Of a stretch of DNA of 64,000 nucleotides, positions 24,732 through 37,789 are shown piece by piece. Under the pieces are notes generated by a model that was given only the letters and a program-made list of their open reading frames with translations, did not search any database and was not told the origin of the DNA. The position numbers were made by a program, and so were the translations under genes. Position 1 is the stretch's first letter; every line of letters starts with the position of its first letter. The stretch comes from Squalus acanthias (taxonomy: Eukaryota). The stretch is from the NCBI GenBank assembly GCA_030390025.1, contig CM059431.1, forward strand, positions 107,882,001 to 107,946,000, given 5' to 3'.

Positions 24732-25884
24732 CTAGAAGCGGCTTGCTATCAGCCGTTGACGGACGGCCCTTGCAGTTTCACCATTGTGGGCCGCCCTCCC
24801 GCCTTGGTGCTGCTGATGATCATCCTCCTCGTCCTCTTCCTCCTCTTCCTCCTCCTCCTCTGGTGGTGCTCCAAGGCCTGGTGGCATTGGCTGGGTCCTG
24901 ACGATTGCCATGTTATGCAACATGCAGCACTACGAAGTTGGATACTCGCTCAGGCGAGTACTGCAGGGCTCCTCCAGAATGGTCGAGACAGCGGAACCGT
25001 TGCTTCAGCACGCCGATTGTGCGCTCAATGATGTTCCTGGTAGCTTGATGGCTCTCGTTGTACCTGCAGCTCAGCAGGGGTGTTGGGCGTACGGAGCGGT
25101 GTCATCAGCCAGGTGCTCAATGGATACCCCTTGTCCCCGAGAAGCCAACCAACTGGCTGATGCGGTGCCTCGAAAAGTTCTGCCACAGTAGTCTGGCGCA
25201 GGATGAAAGCATCGTGGCAGCTGCCAGGATAGTGGGCATTGACAGCGAGTATCAGCTGTCTGTGGTCACAGACCAACTGAACATTCAAGGAATGGAACCC
25301 CTTTCTGTTCTGGAAATCCTCGGCATTCTCATGTGGAGCACGCAAAGCCACATGCGTGCAGTCAATGGTGCCCTGCACCATGGGGAAGCCCGCTATCCTC
25401 GCAAAGCCCAGAGCGCGGTCACGCTGCTTGTCTCGGGTCATGGGGAAAGAGATGAACTCTCATTTTTAAAGAGGGCATTTGTGACTTGCCGGATGCAGCA
25501 ATGCACCGCGAACTGGGAGATATTGGCGAGGTCCCCAGCAGCAGCTTGAAATGAGCCAGTAGCATAGAAGATGAGAGCCACTGTGACCTTCACTGCCACC
25601 GACAGAGACGTCCTGGACCTCAGTTGAGGCTGCAGATCTGGCTGCAGCAGGTGTCAGAGCTCAGTGACCACCTCCTTGCTGAATCGCAGCCTTCGCAAAC
25701 ACAGCTCCTCAGACATATGAATGTAGGAGAGCTGTTCACGATATACCCTGGGAGGGTAAGCTCTCCTGTACATACGCCTGTTGGCCCTCCTCCGTCTGGC
25801 CATCATTGCCACTCTCTCTCTGCGTCTCTGTGTCCTCCGATTCAGCTGGAGCAGGACGACGCCCCCAATCAGTGCAGCCCCCAT
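24732..25884 (-). pseudogene. Harbinger (HARBI1-like) DDE transposase with a stop codon and frameshifts
   Basis: [75 protein letters not shown], acidic tail; TGA at 25654. Confidence 0.95.
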
Positions 25885-27777
25885 AGTCTCTTTGCAAGCA
25901 AAGTTATGAAGGACAGCAACCAAAGTACTAGCGAAGTTAGGATCAGTAGGCAAAACTACCTCACAAAGCGTTGACTCAATGCAGAAGTCTCTCTTTCTCT
26001 CTCTCCGAATCTCTCTCTCTCTCTCAGAACGAGTGGTGCAAAAATGTCAACCACAGAAAAAGACAGGAAGAGGCCCCCTTTAAATAGCGCCCCCCCCAGC
26101 CCCACAGCGATTGATAGCGTTCCAGTCTTCCGGTCGTTGGATGCGCCAGGCGGTAAGGCAGGGGGCGCCACTCAATTTCCGCTCCGGGGCGCCACAAGGG
26201 CGTTGCACCATGGAATGACGTCACAATCTGCATGCGCAGGTGGTCGCAGCGGTAAAGTTTAGCGCCGCCGCACAATGTCTAGTTAAGTTCCCGAGCAGCG
26301 CAAACAGCGCTGCGCCCGGGAGCTAGCGGCTTTGCGCCCCATTAGCGCCCTCTTAAGGCGCTAACGGGAGGCGCAACCAACTGAATTTTTCCCCCTTTGT
26401 GTCCTCTACTGTAAAGACTGATACAAAATATTCATTCAGTGTATTTGCCATCTCCATATTTCCCACCATTAATTTCCCGGTCTCATCCTCTAAGGGACCA
26501 ACATTTACTTTAGCCACCCTTTTTCTTTTTATATAACTATAAAAACTCTTACTATCTGTTTTTATATGTTTTGCTAATTTACTTTCATAATCTATCTTCC
26601 CTTTCTTAATCAATCTTTTTGTTATTTTTTGCTGTCTTTTAAAGTTTTCCCAATCCTCTATCCTCCCACTAGATTTTGCTACCTTATAAGCCCTTGTTTT
26701 TAGTCGAATATTATCCTTAATTTCTTTACTTAGCCATGGATGACTGTCTTTTCTTTTACACCCTTTTCTTCTCAGTGGAATATATATTTTTTAGAAGTTG
26801 TAAAATAACTCCTTAAATGTACACCACTGATCATGTATCGTCTTACCCTTTAATCTATTTTCCCAATCCACTCTACTCAATTCTGCTCGCATACCTTCAT
26901 TATCTCCTTTATTCAAGCTTAGCACGCTTGTTTGAGATCCAACCTTCTCACCCTCTAATTGAATATGGAATTCAACCATGTTATGGTCACTCATTCCAAG
27001 GGGATCCTTTACTAAGACATTTTTAATTAATCCTGTCTCATTACACAGGACCAGATCTAAGGTTGCTTGCCCCCTGGTCGGTTCAGTTACATACTGCTCA
27101 AGAAACCCATCCCTAATACACTCAATGAACAAGGCAGCCCTGCCCAATTTGATTTGTCCAATTAATATGATAGTTAAAATCCCCCATAATTAAAGATGTT
27201 CCCTTATTACAAACCTCAACTATTTCCTGATTGATACTCCGTCCAACAGAGTTGCAACTGTTCGGAGGCCTATAGACTACGCCCACTAATGTTTTTTTCC
27301 CCTTATTATTCCTTATCTCCACCCAAACTGTTTCATTATCCTGATCTTTTGACCCAATATCATTTCTCTGTATTACAGTGATTCCTTCCTTTATTAACAT
27401 AGCAACCCCACCTCCCCTTCCTTCCTGCCTGTCCTTCCTGATCGTTAAATAACCTGGTATGTTTAATTCCCAGGCATTGTCACCCTGCAGCCATGTTTCT
27501 GTAATGGCCACAAGATCATACCCATATGTAGTTATTTGTGCCATTAACTCATCTATTTTGTTACGAATGCTACGTGCATTCAGATAGAGAACTTTCAAAT
27601 ATGTTTTGTGACACTTAGTTCCTGCTTTTGCCCTTTTTATTACTTTACCTTTTACTCCATACCTTCTGCCCCTTCCTGACACACTCTGGTTTTTCATTTC
27701 CCCACTGCTACCTAAGTCTATGACCTTCTCTGTTGTCATTTTTATTATTTGCTCTCTAGGAACCTCCCCCCCACTAG

Positions 27778-28731
27778 TTAGTTTAAAGCCCTCTCTACAG
27801 CCCTAGTTATATGATCCGCCAGGACTCTAGTCCCAGCACTGGCCAAGTGAAGCCCGTCCCAACGGAACAGCTCCCTCCTGCCCCAGTACTGGTGCCAGTG
27901 TCCCAGGAAGCAAAACCCATTTCTCCCACAACAGTCTTTGAGCCACTCATTTAACTCTCTAATTTTATTTGTCCTAGCCAAATTCGCTCGTGGCTCAGGT
28001 AATAATCCAGAGATTAATACCCTTGAGGTTCTGTTTTTTAATTTGACCCCTAGCTGCTCATACTCCTTTAACAGAACCTGCTTCCTTGTCCTATCTACGT
28101 CGTTTGTACCAACATGGACCACGACAACTGGATCCACCCCCTCCCACTGCAAGTTTCTTTCCAGCCCAGAGGAGATGTCCTTAACCCTGGCACCGGGCAG
28201 GCAACACAGCCTACGGGACTCTTGCTCTTGGCTGCAGAGAACTCTATCTATCCCCCTAATAATACTATCCCCTACCACTACAACATTTCTATTTACTCCC
28301 CCCTCTTGAATGGCCCCCCGTTCCACGGTGCTATGGCCAGGTTGCTCATCCTCCCTGCAGTCCCTGCTCCTGTCCCCACAGGGAGTAAGAACCTCGAACC
28401 TGTTGGACAAGAGCAAGGGCTGCGGCTCCTCCAACACTACCTCCTGGATCCCCGTACCTGCCTCACTCGTAGTCACACTGTCCTGTCCCTGACCATGGGC
28501 TACATCTGAATTAATTAACTTCATAGGTGTGACCACCTCCTGAAACACAAAGTCCAGGTACTTCTCCCCCACCCTGATGTGTCGCAGTGTCTGATGCTCA
28601 GACTCCAGCTCATCAATACGGAGCTGGAGTTCCTGTAGCAGCAGACACTTGTCACAGATGTAATCACCGTGAGCCTCAGTGGGGTCCACCGGCTCCCACA
28701 TCTCACAACAGTAACACATCACCTGCTCCAT
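27778..28731 (-). CDS. CR1 ORF1p: N-terminal Cys-rich finger, coiled coil, SGNH/GDSL esterase domain (317 aa, open)
   Basis: CxxC...CxxC, LQELQLRIDELESE, VVGDSII, PGARVKD, VHVGTND, DGLHL motifs. Confidence 0.92.
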   Translation of the reverse strand: MEQVMCYCCEMWEPVDPTEAHGDYICDKCLLLQELQLRIDELESEHQTLRHIRVGEKYLDFVFQEVVTPMKLINSDVAHGQGQDSVTTSEAGTGIQEVVLEEPQPLLLSNRFEVLTPCGDRSRDCREDEQPGHSTVERGAIQEGGVNRNVVVVGDSIIRGIDRVLCSQEQESRRLCCLPGARVKDISSGLERNLQWEGVDPVVVVHVGTNDVDRTRKQVLLKEYEQLGVKLKNRTSRVLISGLLPEPRANLARTNKIRELNEWLKDCCGRNGFCFLGHWHQYWGRRELFRWDGLHLASAGTRVLADHITRAVERALN

Positions 28732-29764
28732 TCTATGTAATTAATTTTTAAAAATTTATTGTTAGTTATGGACACTCTGCCCGATTATAGATGCTAGTAT
28801 CGCCTCTAATTAATTGGATTTAAATTAAATCAATCCCTCTAAATTACACCAGTTAAATGGTTTACCAACAGTCACTCTGCACCAGAAAGGCCTTATTAAC
28901 TATAACCCACAGAGCTTAAGTTTAAAAAGAGAGAAATACTCACCAACCAATTACTTACCTGCTTTCTGGTGACGTCACACCTCGATTATTTTTACCTCTC
29001 TCCCTCCCTCCGAGTTCAGAGACTGGTCCCGCCTTACCTGGTCTCTGGAGCCTTTTAAACCCTTTGCCGCCGCCTCGCCTCACACAGGTCCGCCGCTGCA
29101 CCAGGAAGCTGACAAAGATGGAAAAAGGAAGGCACACCTTCCTCCCCGAACTCCCTCACTCACCAAACTCGCAGCTTAGCACTCTATTCCAAATCTGCAC
29201 TCCGTGACAAACTGCACTCTAGTCTCACCTGCTTCAGTCCTCCGGCTCCTTCTCCTTGTTGTGCTTCTCCTTGCTGAGGCAGCTGCACAGCCAGCAATGC
29301 TGAAAATGAGGTGCTCCAGTATCAATGAACCTCCCCTTTAAGTACTGAGAAAAGCCAGTGGCAATAATGAGTTGAGAGTGGACTTCACACAATATTGGTC
29401 CACCCTTTGAGTGTAACGCCACTGAGCTAGGTCTTTAAGACTTGATTTAGTGCCCCAATCATTTCTTTGTGCAGTGAGACTGAATCTTGCCTGCAGTCTA
29501 AAGCATTAGCGCTGGCGCTAATTCTTAAACTGTTCCGAAGATACCGCCCATTCCTGGGCTATCATGAATTTCTAGCCCATACTGTTTTGAGCTGCACTAC
29601 TTCATAGGCACTTCCATAACCCCTTTACCCACTTTCCGTACCAGTCTCAATCTTATGGTCTTGTGTTGTACAGAAAAACATTGGTATTTTAGTGTCAGCA
29701 TGAAACATAAGGAACCATGCCCTGAGTCTCCAGTTTAGAGCAAATCATTTGCCAGCTGGCCCTT

Positions 29765-31335
29765 GAATCATAGAATCATAAAAATTTACGACAAAGAAGG
29801 AGGCCATTCGGCCCATCGTGTCTGTGCCAGCCGACAAAGAGCTATCCAGCCTGATCCCACTTTCCAGCTCTTGGTCCGTAGCCCTGTAGGTTACGGCACT
29901 TCAAGTGCATATCCAAGTACTTCTTAAATGCAATGAGGGTTTCTGCCTCTACCACCCTTTCAGGCATTGCATTCCAGACCCCCACCACCCTCTGGGTGAA
30001 AACATTTCTCCTCAACTCCCCTCTAATCGTTCTACCAATTACTTTAAATCTATGCCCCTTGGTTAGTGGCCTCGCTGCTAAGGGAAATAGGTCCTTCCTA
30101 TCCACTCTATCTAGGCCCCTCATAATTTTATACACCTCAATTAAGACTCCCCTCAGCCTCCTCTGTTCCAAAGAAAACAACCTCAGCCTATCCAATCTTT
30201 CCTCATAGCTAAAATTCTCCAGTCCTAGCAACATCTTTGTAAATCTCCTCTGTACCCTCTCTAGTGCAATCACATCTTTCCTGTAATGTGGTGACCAGAA
30301 CTGTATGCAGTACTCTAGCTGTGGCCTAACTAGTGTTTTATATAGTTCTAGCATAACCTCCCTGTTCTTATATTCTATGCCTCGGCTAATAAAGGGATGT
30401 CTTCTTAGCCACCTTATCTACCTGTCCTGCTACCTTCAGTGATCTGTGGACACGCACTCCAAGGTCCCTCTGTGCCTCTACATTTCTTAGTATCCTACCA
30501 TTTATTGTGTATTCTCTTGCCTTGTTAGCCCTCCCCAAATGCATTACCTCACACTTCTCCAGACTGAATTCCATTTGCCACTTTTCTGCCTACCTGACCA
30601 GTCCATTGATATCTTCCTGCAGTCTACAGCATTCTTCCTCACTATCAACCACATGGCCAATTTTTGTATCATCTGTAAACTTCCTAATCATGCCCCTACA
30701 TTGAAGTCTAAATCATTGACATATACCACAAAAAGCAAGGGACCTACTACTGAGCCCTGTGGAAATCCTGCTGGAAACAGCCTTCCAGTCACAAAAATAC
30801 CTGTCGACTATTACCCTTGCTTCTTGCCACTGAACCAATTTTGGATCCAACTTGCTAATTTCCCTTGGATCCCATGGGTTTTTACTTTTTTGACTACTCT
30901 GCCATGTGGGACCTTGTCAAAGGCCTTGCTAAATTCCATATAGGCTGCATCAAATGCACTACCCTCATTGACCCTCCTTGTTACCTCCTCAAAAAATTCA
31001 ATCAAGTTAGTCAGATACGACCTTCCCTTAACAAATCCATGCTGACTGTCCTTGATTAATCCGTGCCTTTCTAAATGACGATTAATACTGTCACTCAGAA
31101 TATTTTCCAATCATTTGCCCACCACCGAGGTTAGGCTGACTGGCCTGTAACTACTCAGTCTATCCCTTTCACCCTTTTTAAACAATGGCACAACGTTAGC
31201 AGTCCTCCATTCCTCTGGCACCACACCTGTAGTCAGAGAGGATTGGAAAATGATGGTCAGAGCCTTCGTTATTTCCTCTCTTGCTTCTCTTAACAGCCTG
31301 GGATACATTTCATCTGGGCCTGGCGATTTATCTAC
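29765..31335 (-). mobile_element. CR1 LINE, 5'-truncated, degraded RT
   Basis: KSPGPDEMYPRLL, SQHGFVKG, LVRPQLEYCIQFWSP; (ATCATAGA)n tail. Confidence 0.93.
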
Positions 31336-31439
31336 TTGAGAATGCATCTTGTACAGAAATTGTACCGTTAGTTGCGATTGCAGTCATTAATTCTAAGATT
31401 AAACTACAGAATATATAATAAAACCTAACATAAGTGTTC

Positions 31440-31752
31440 AACATTATGAGTGGTTTTGATAGAGTAAATAGTTTCCACTGGCAGGAGGGTCGGTAACCAG
31501 AGGACACAGATTTAAGGTAATTGGCAAAAGAACCAAAGCGGAGATGAGGAGAATTTTCTTTACGCAGCGAGTTGTTACCATCTGGAATGCACCACCTGAA
31601 AGGGTGATGGAAGCTGTCGTTCAAAAGAGAATTCGATATATACTTGCAGGGTAAAAATTTGCAGGGCTACGGGGAAAAAGCAGGGGCATGGGACTAATTG
31701 GATGGCTCATCAAAGAGCCGAATGGCCTCCTTCTGTGCTGTGTAATTCTATG
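31440..31752 (+). mobile_element. CR1 3' fragment
   Basis: GAGATGAGGAGAATTTTCTTTACGCAGCGAG...GAATGGCCTCCTTCTGTGCTG, ATTCTATG tail. Confidence 0.88.
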
Positions 31753-31794
31753 AAGTGATTCTTTCACATAAAATGGTTTCCCTTACCTTAAGAA

Positions 31795-32120
31795 GGAAAG
31801 AAAGACTTGCATTGATATAGTGCCTTTCACGACCACCGGAGGTCTCAAAGCGCTTTACAGCCAATGAAGTACTTTTTGAAGTGTAGTCACTGTTGTAATG
31901 TAGGAAACGCAGCAGCCAATTTGCGCACAGCAAGGTCCCACAAACAGCAACGTGATAATGACCAGATAATCTGTTTTTTTGTTATGTTGATTGAGGGATA
32001 AATATTGGCCCCAGGACACCGGGGAGAACTCCCCTGCTCTTCTTCGAAATAGTGCCATGGGATCTTTTCCGTCCACCTGAGAGAGCAGACGGGGCCTTGG
32101 TTTAACTTCTCATCCGAAAC
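31795..32120 (-). mobile_element. DeuSINE (SacSINE1-like), 5'-truncated
   Basis: Reverse complement of 14830-15150. Confidence 0.88.
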
Positions 32121-33074
32121 ACCAGTACATTTTTTAAAAAGTAACAGGTAAAAATTGAGTACATAGTTAAAGGAAAATTCAGCATTAATCAAGGCCACTT
32201 AATGACAGTTTTCATAGTAAAATGGACAGAATTATGGAATTGGATTCGCAAAAGACGAGGAAAAATCTGCGATAACCATGTATTAAAAAGACAACTGACT
32301 TATTCAGTCACCATAAATAAGTGGACCTGAAATTGATACATCGCGTGTTTGATGGTATTACACTCCTGTTCTTATAAAATCACTTTCAATGCTACAGAGG
32401 ATCCGTTATAATTAAAAGTCTTTCATCAAGGACGTGTGTACGGCAATACACTTGTCACACTTCACGTGTCTCATGCCCAAAGGACAACAATATCACGATT
32501 GGCTCAAATAACCACTTAGCTGTTAGCAATCAAACATTTAATTTTCAACAAATCAACGTTAGCGAAAATGAGGAATGAGTAACTAGGGGAAAGCTCACTA
32601 ACCAAACCTCTCATTTTACTTTTCGAAACTTAATTTACAAACCAGCAAATACTAGAAAAATAAATTGATCAAATTGCTCAAATCATTTCTTCACCTTGTT
32701 TTCAGCTACCATTTTTCAGCTTAATGCAGACAGCTTTAAATTACATTTATAACATAATAAACATATAAAAGATTATACAATTCTGAAAATACGTTAATAA
32801 ATATAGGCATAAAATACAAAATTGGTTATTTAATATTGGAAATGTGAGCCGAAAGTTTTGGCTATTTAAGTCGGCCCTTCTATGGAGCCTAGGGTTGAGT
32901 TGAAATTCTCACCTAGGCCTCAGAGGTTGGTTTCTACCTGCAATATGTGTGAGGGAGAAAGGAGCATCATTGGAATGATAGTTTTGACCCTGTTCCTATG
33001 AAACTACAATACCCAGAATACACTATGATGGCCTGTGTCACCTGACAATCAGACAGACAATTCACAAATGTCAG

Positions 33075-33510
33075 AGACTTGAGCACAAAAAGCTAGGCTG
33101 ACACTCCAGTGCAGTGCTGAGGGAGTGCTGCACTGTCGGAGGTGCCGTCTTTCGGATGAGACATTAAACCGAGGCCCCGTATGCTCTCTCTCAGGTGGAC
33201 GTAAAAGATCCTATGGCACTATTTCGAAGAAGAGCAGGGGAGTTCTCCCTGGTGTCCTGGGGCCAATATTTATTCCTCAACCAACATAACAAAAGCAGAT
33301 TATCCGGTCATTATCACATTGCTGTTTGTGGGAGTTTGCTGTGCGCAAATTGGCTGCCGCGTTTCCCACATTGCAACATTGACTACACTTCAAAAGTGCT
33401 TCATTGACTGTGAAGCGCTTTGGGATGTCCGGTGGTTGTGAAAGGCGCTGTATACAACAACAACAACAACAACAACAACTTGTATTTATAGAAATGCAAG
33501 TCTTTCTTTT
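33075..33510 (+). mobile_element. DeuSINE (SacSINE1-like) with a (CAA)n-containing tail
   Basis: Matches 14755-15150. Confidence 0.88.
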
Positions 33511-34059
33511 ACTTTTCACATTAGCTATTGCTGCAGTGCCAGTCAATCAATCAGGACTGGGCCACGGTGCTGGCTATTAAAACCACTAACTTTTCTTCAC
33601 TGCCGAAATGGGTTTACCAAAGATAAACCAACACTACAGGTAGTGAATAAGAAAACTGCTTCGAAAATTGGCATTTCCTCAACCAAACCACAAGTCACAG
33701 ACATATTAGATAATGTGAAAATTTATATCTAATTGACATCTATTGCAAAAATTAAAGGGCACGAGTTAATTGTAGACTCTTTCTTTAGCCAAGTTTTTCT
33801 TTCAATTCTAGTTACAGCTTCAAACAATAATCTGCCTCATAGTTCTTACTATGCGTCCTTCATGGCTGGAAGCACAACGCAGAATGTTCTCATCCAAGTT
33901 AATACAAATTATAATACCGTTCAAAGGTTAACACGGTGATAGACTGAATACATCAGCTTAAACTACAGAGCATTGGGCAAGGACCTAAAAACAAAAGCTT
34001 AAGAAAAGATTGAACTTGCACCTCTCCTTTCTTCACCAAAAATCTCTGCAACAGTACTT

Positions 34060-34723
34060 AGAAACATAGAAACATAGAAAAATAGGAGCAAGAGTAGGCC
34101 ATTCGGCCCTTCGAGCCTGCTCCGCCATTCAATATGATCATGGCTGATCCTCTATCTCAATACCATATTCCCACTCTCTCCCCATACCCCTTGATGCCTT
34201 TTGTGTCTAGAAATCTATCTATCTCCTTCTTAAATATATTCAGTGACTTGGCCTCCACAGCCTTCTGTGGTAGAGAATTCCACAGGTTCACCACCCTCTG
34301 AGTGAAGAAATTTCTCCTCATCTCAGTCCTAAATGTCCTACCCCGTATCCTGAGACTGTGACCCCTCATTCTAGACCCCCCACCCAGCCAGGTGAAACAT
34401 TCTCCCTGCATCCAGTCTGTCTAGCTCCATCAGAATTTTATACGTTTCAATGAGATCCCCTCTCATTCTTCTAAACTCTAGTGAATACAGGCCTAGTCGA
34501 CCCAATCTCTCCTCATACGACAGTCCTGCCATCCCAGGAATCAGTCTGGTGAACCTTCGCTGCACTCCCTCTATGACAAGTATATCCTTTCTTAGGTAAG
34601 GAGACCAAAACTGCACACAGTACTCCAGGTGTGGTCTCACCAAGGCCCTGTATAACTGCAGTAAGACATCCTTGCTCCTGTCCTCAAATCCTCTTGCAAT
34701 GAAGGCCAAAATACCATTTGCCT
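34060..34723 (-). mobile_element. CR1 3' fragment
   Basis: KANGILAFIARGFE...LVRPHLEYCVQFWSP...RVVNLWNSLP. Confidence 0.93.
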
Positions 34724-34734
34724 TAAAAGAAAAA

Positions 34735-36565
34735 AAGAAAGACTTGCATTTATGTAGCACCTTTCACGACCTCAGGAGGTCCCACAGCGCTTTACAAACA
34801 ATGACATACTTTTGAAGTGTAGTCAATGATCTAATGTAGGAAACGGGCCAGCCAATTTGCGCACACCAAGCTCTCACACACAGCAATGTGATAATGACCA
34901 GATAATCTCTTTTAGTGATGTTGGCTGAGGGATAAATATTCACTGTGATTATCTACAGGTACGTTTTTGCGGCCTTCTGCGCATGCGCACGTTATCTCGG
35001 AGCCCAACAGTTGTGGCCTGCTGTAGGACACGCATTCCTCAGCTCTGTAAGAAGGTCACTGGATCCGTTGGTGGCCGGGGGGGTTGGGAAGAGAGAGAAT
35101 CGAAAGGAGAGAGCGGGGGAATCAGAGGGGAAAGAGAGAGAGAAGAGGGGAAAGAGAGAGAATCGGAGGGGGAGAGAGAAAGGGAATTGGAGGGGAGAGA
35201 GAGGATGAGGGGAGAGAGGGGGAATCAGAGGGGAAAGAGAGAGAGGATTGAAGGGGGGAGAGAGAGAGGATCGAAGGGGAAAGAAAGAGAGGATCAAAGG
35301 GGAGAGAGAGAGAGGGGATCGGAGGGGGGAGAGAGAGGGAATCGGAGGGGGGGAGAGAGAGAGGGGATCGGAGGGGAGAGAGAGAGGAAATTGGAGAGGG
35401 GAGAGAGAGGGGGGATCGAAGGGGGAGAGAGAGGGAATCGGAGGGGGAAAGAGAGGGAATCGGAGGGAGAGAGAGGAGGGGAGAGAGAGAGAAAGAGGAG
35501 GAGAGAGAGGAGGAGGAAAGAGAGAGAGGAGGGGGAGAGAGGATCGGAGGGGAGGGGAAAGAAGGTCAGGAACTCGGGAGGGGGGGGGCATAAAGAACAC
35601 AGAGAGCATAATGGGGATGGGGGAAGAATGTGAGCCAGGTCCAAAGGGGGGGATGAGAGTGAGAACATAATCCAGATAGTAAGACAGATCACGTTCCAAC
35701 ACCACCCTCTTTACACCCACACCATGTTCTCCCTCTCCTCCCCCAGACCTGGTTAATATCTCAGAAAGCTCGGTGCATGTGTGGCAAGTGACTGGACAAA
35801 ATCCACAAGTCATGACACTGTCACTATTCACTTCATACCCAATAAACCTGTTAACAATCCGTGACCCACACACAATGCCCCATCTATGGGGGGTGGGGGG
35901 AGGGAAGGTCAGGAACTTGTTGGGGGAAGAAGGTCATGAACCTGGGGGGGGGGAGGAACTTGAGTGGGGCGAGAAGGTCAGGAACCCAGGGGGGTGGGGG
36001 GGAAGGTCAGGAACTTGGGCAGGGGGAGAAGGTCAGGAACTTGGTGGGGGGAGGTCAGAAACTTGTTGGAGAGGGAAAAGGTCAGAAACTCAGGGGTGTG
36101 AGGAAGGTTAGGAACTTGTTGGGGGTAAGGAACTTGTTTGGGGTGTAGGAGAAGGTCTTAACCCGCGAGGGTGAGCCCTGTCTGTTCTATGTGAGCTCTG
36201 TTCTATCTGGAACCTGACAGTCAGAATGGCTCGAATTACACTTTGCAAAGTAATTGATTACTTAGGCAGGCAGGATCTAATTACACATTCCAGATAAACT
36301 GCTGGATGTGTCTTGTTCTCCAAGGGGACCAATCAGAAATCAGGTGTTGCCTTCAAGGTGACCAATCAGAGATCTGGTGTTGGAAATAAACATGACAATA
36401 AATATTGGCCACAACACCGGGGATAACTCCTCTGCTCTTCTTCGAAATAGTGCCTTGGGATCTTTCGTGTCCACCTGAGGGAGCAGACGGGGCCTCAGTT
36501 TAACATCTCATCCGAAAGAGGGCCACTCCGACAGTGCAGCACTCCCTCAGTACTGCACTGGAGTT
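34735..36565 (-). mobile_element. DeuSINE split into 34735-34940 and 36398-36565
   Basis: SINE sequence stops at GGGATAAATATT and resumes at ATAAATATTGGCCACAACACC. Confidence 0.85.
34941..36397. mobile_element. Unclassified 1457-bp insertion with purine-rich internal repeats
   Basis: 9-bp duplication ATAAATATT at both junctions; (GAGAGAGGGAATCGGAGG)n at 35090-35560; (GAAGGTCAGGAACTTG)n at 35890-36140. Confidence 0.7.
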
Positions 36566-37638
36566 AGTGTTATCCTCAAGAGGTCCTGCTTATGTAGCAT
36601 GCTTCAATTCAAAACTTTTAAATCTAGAACTTTTCCCTCCTTAGCTGAATAAAAGTTAGATTCCTGGTGGCCCTTTGCAATGTTTCTGGCCAGGCTGATT
36701 GAGTGAGTGACTGACTTCAGCCTTAATGTCCAAGCTCAGCATCAAAGCACCTCATGACCTTCTTGGCCCCAGTGTAAATATAGCCCTACTCAGCGAAGCA
36801 TAAAAAAATCTCATCCAACACAACTCACAATTACCATTTGATTGATGGGACTGTATAAGTTGCTGAACAAAATCAAATCGTTTTACTTTTAATTTTTTTC
36901 ATGACCTGTACCTTAGCACTGCAACTTGCAAATTTTCTGCTTGGTTGCCATATGAAATGAGCCTCTGCTGGGGAAATGTCTTGAAGCGACTTTCAATATT
37001 AAATTATTAAATTTATGCACCAGTTTAATGATTTTAGTATGAATTATTTAATTTCTTAATGTGTTTTTTATGTTTTCTAAAGATTATTTGGAAGGTTGTT
37101 TATTCATTTGGGTTAGAAATCAGACGGCAACTGGAAACAGCTTGAAAGAAAATAGTAAGAAATGTGTTTGGTTCAAATTGCAATGTTTAGATTGGTTGCT
37201 TTTCAGTGGGATGTTGCCTGACCTTTATTTCAGTGATTCAGTATGGTTGTTCATTATTTGAGCGAATCAGAAATGCATGACATTTGTTTTCTTTCTTCAA
37301 TGTGACACCTCAAACCTTCAATGTATGAGCCGTCTATGCAATACTTTTTATCAACATAAATATTGCATCTGGTGCATGACTGTGTTACTTCTTATGTCAC
37401 GCTTCAAAGTGTCAAAGGCATTAAAAACAGAAAGATAGCCAACCCTTCCTGCTGGTTTTCCTAACATTGATAACTTGACCTCTCCCCAAGGGCAGGAGCA
37501 GCCATCAATCTGTAGAGAGCTCCTCAACTATTTGCCTCGAATTGGTCTCAGCTTGTGTCTGTTTAGATCACTTCCCAACAAGCAGTACCCGAGCGCGGTC
37601 AAAAAGGTACAAGGCAGGTTCAACACAGCTCCATCATT

Positions 37639-37773
37639 AGGGGGCGAGTTTCCTCGAAGCTTCTCCCACTTCACCGCAGTGACTTTGGAGGAAACCCCGT
37701 ACACTCACGTCGATGGAGTTTCTGCGGAAGTCACAGTGGCGGAGCTGGAGCAGCTCGGACTAAATTTACCCTT
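37639..37773. mobile_element. Small palindromic MITE (~135 bp)
   Basis: Fold-back: GTGACTTTGGAGGAAACCCC...GGAGTTTCTGCGGAAGTCAC. Confidence 0.55.
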
Positions 37774-37789
37774 TTGAAACCTAGAAAAA

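Larger units (their letters stand above)
22243..26395. mobile_element. PIF/Harbinger DNA transposon, full-length structure (4153 bp)
   Basis: TIR GGGGGAAAAATT / AATTTTTCCCCC; 3-bp flanks TTA/TTT (TSD with one mismatch); convergent Myb-like and transposase genes. Confidence 0.95.
20639..27739 (-). pseudogene. CR1 ORF2 (AP endonuclease + reverse transcriptase), frameshifted and interrupted
   Basis: YLNARSIRNK, ITETWL, MGDFN, SDH (APE); KSPGPDG, NYRPVSLTS, QHGF, YLDFQKAFD, KFADDTK (RT) across the ORF-track fragments. Confidence 0.95.
20405..29225 (-). mobile_element. Full-length CR1 LINE (5'UTR, ORF1, ORF2, 3'UTR), interrupted by the Harbinger at 22243-26395
   Basis: Colinear ORF1, APE and RT segments; (ACATAAGA)n tail; ORF2 rejoins across the insertion as FTVEDTK|NIP. 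Confidence 0.95.
19271..29577. mobile_element. Old internally deleted Harbinger element (arms 19271-20404 and ~29225-29577) interrupted by a full-length CR1
   Basis: Ends GGGGGGAAATTTCA / TGAATTTCTAGCC with possible TSD CAT; transposase N-terminal remnant on +; Myb exon-end remnant (LSRMVR|GTGAG) on - at ~20365-20395; CTTAAAGGGG promoter motif on - at ~29334-29343. Confidence 0.65.

Noticed and set aside
24732..25884. Domesticated host HARBI1 gene
   Set aside because: Lies within TIRs, is inserted into a LINE and is disrupted by a stop and frameshifts
34983..35873. Arg/Glu/Gly-rich and Pro/Leu/Ser-rich ORFs
   Set aside because: Artefacts of GA-rich low-complexity sequence
35890..36140. CRISPR-like spaced repeats (GAAGGTCAGGAAC)
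   Set aside because: Spacers are short, G-rich and mutually similar; eukaryotic context; no cas genes
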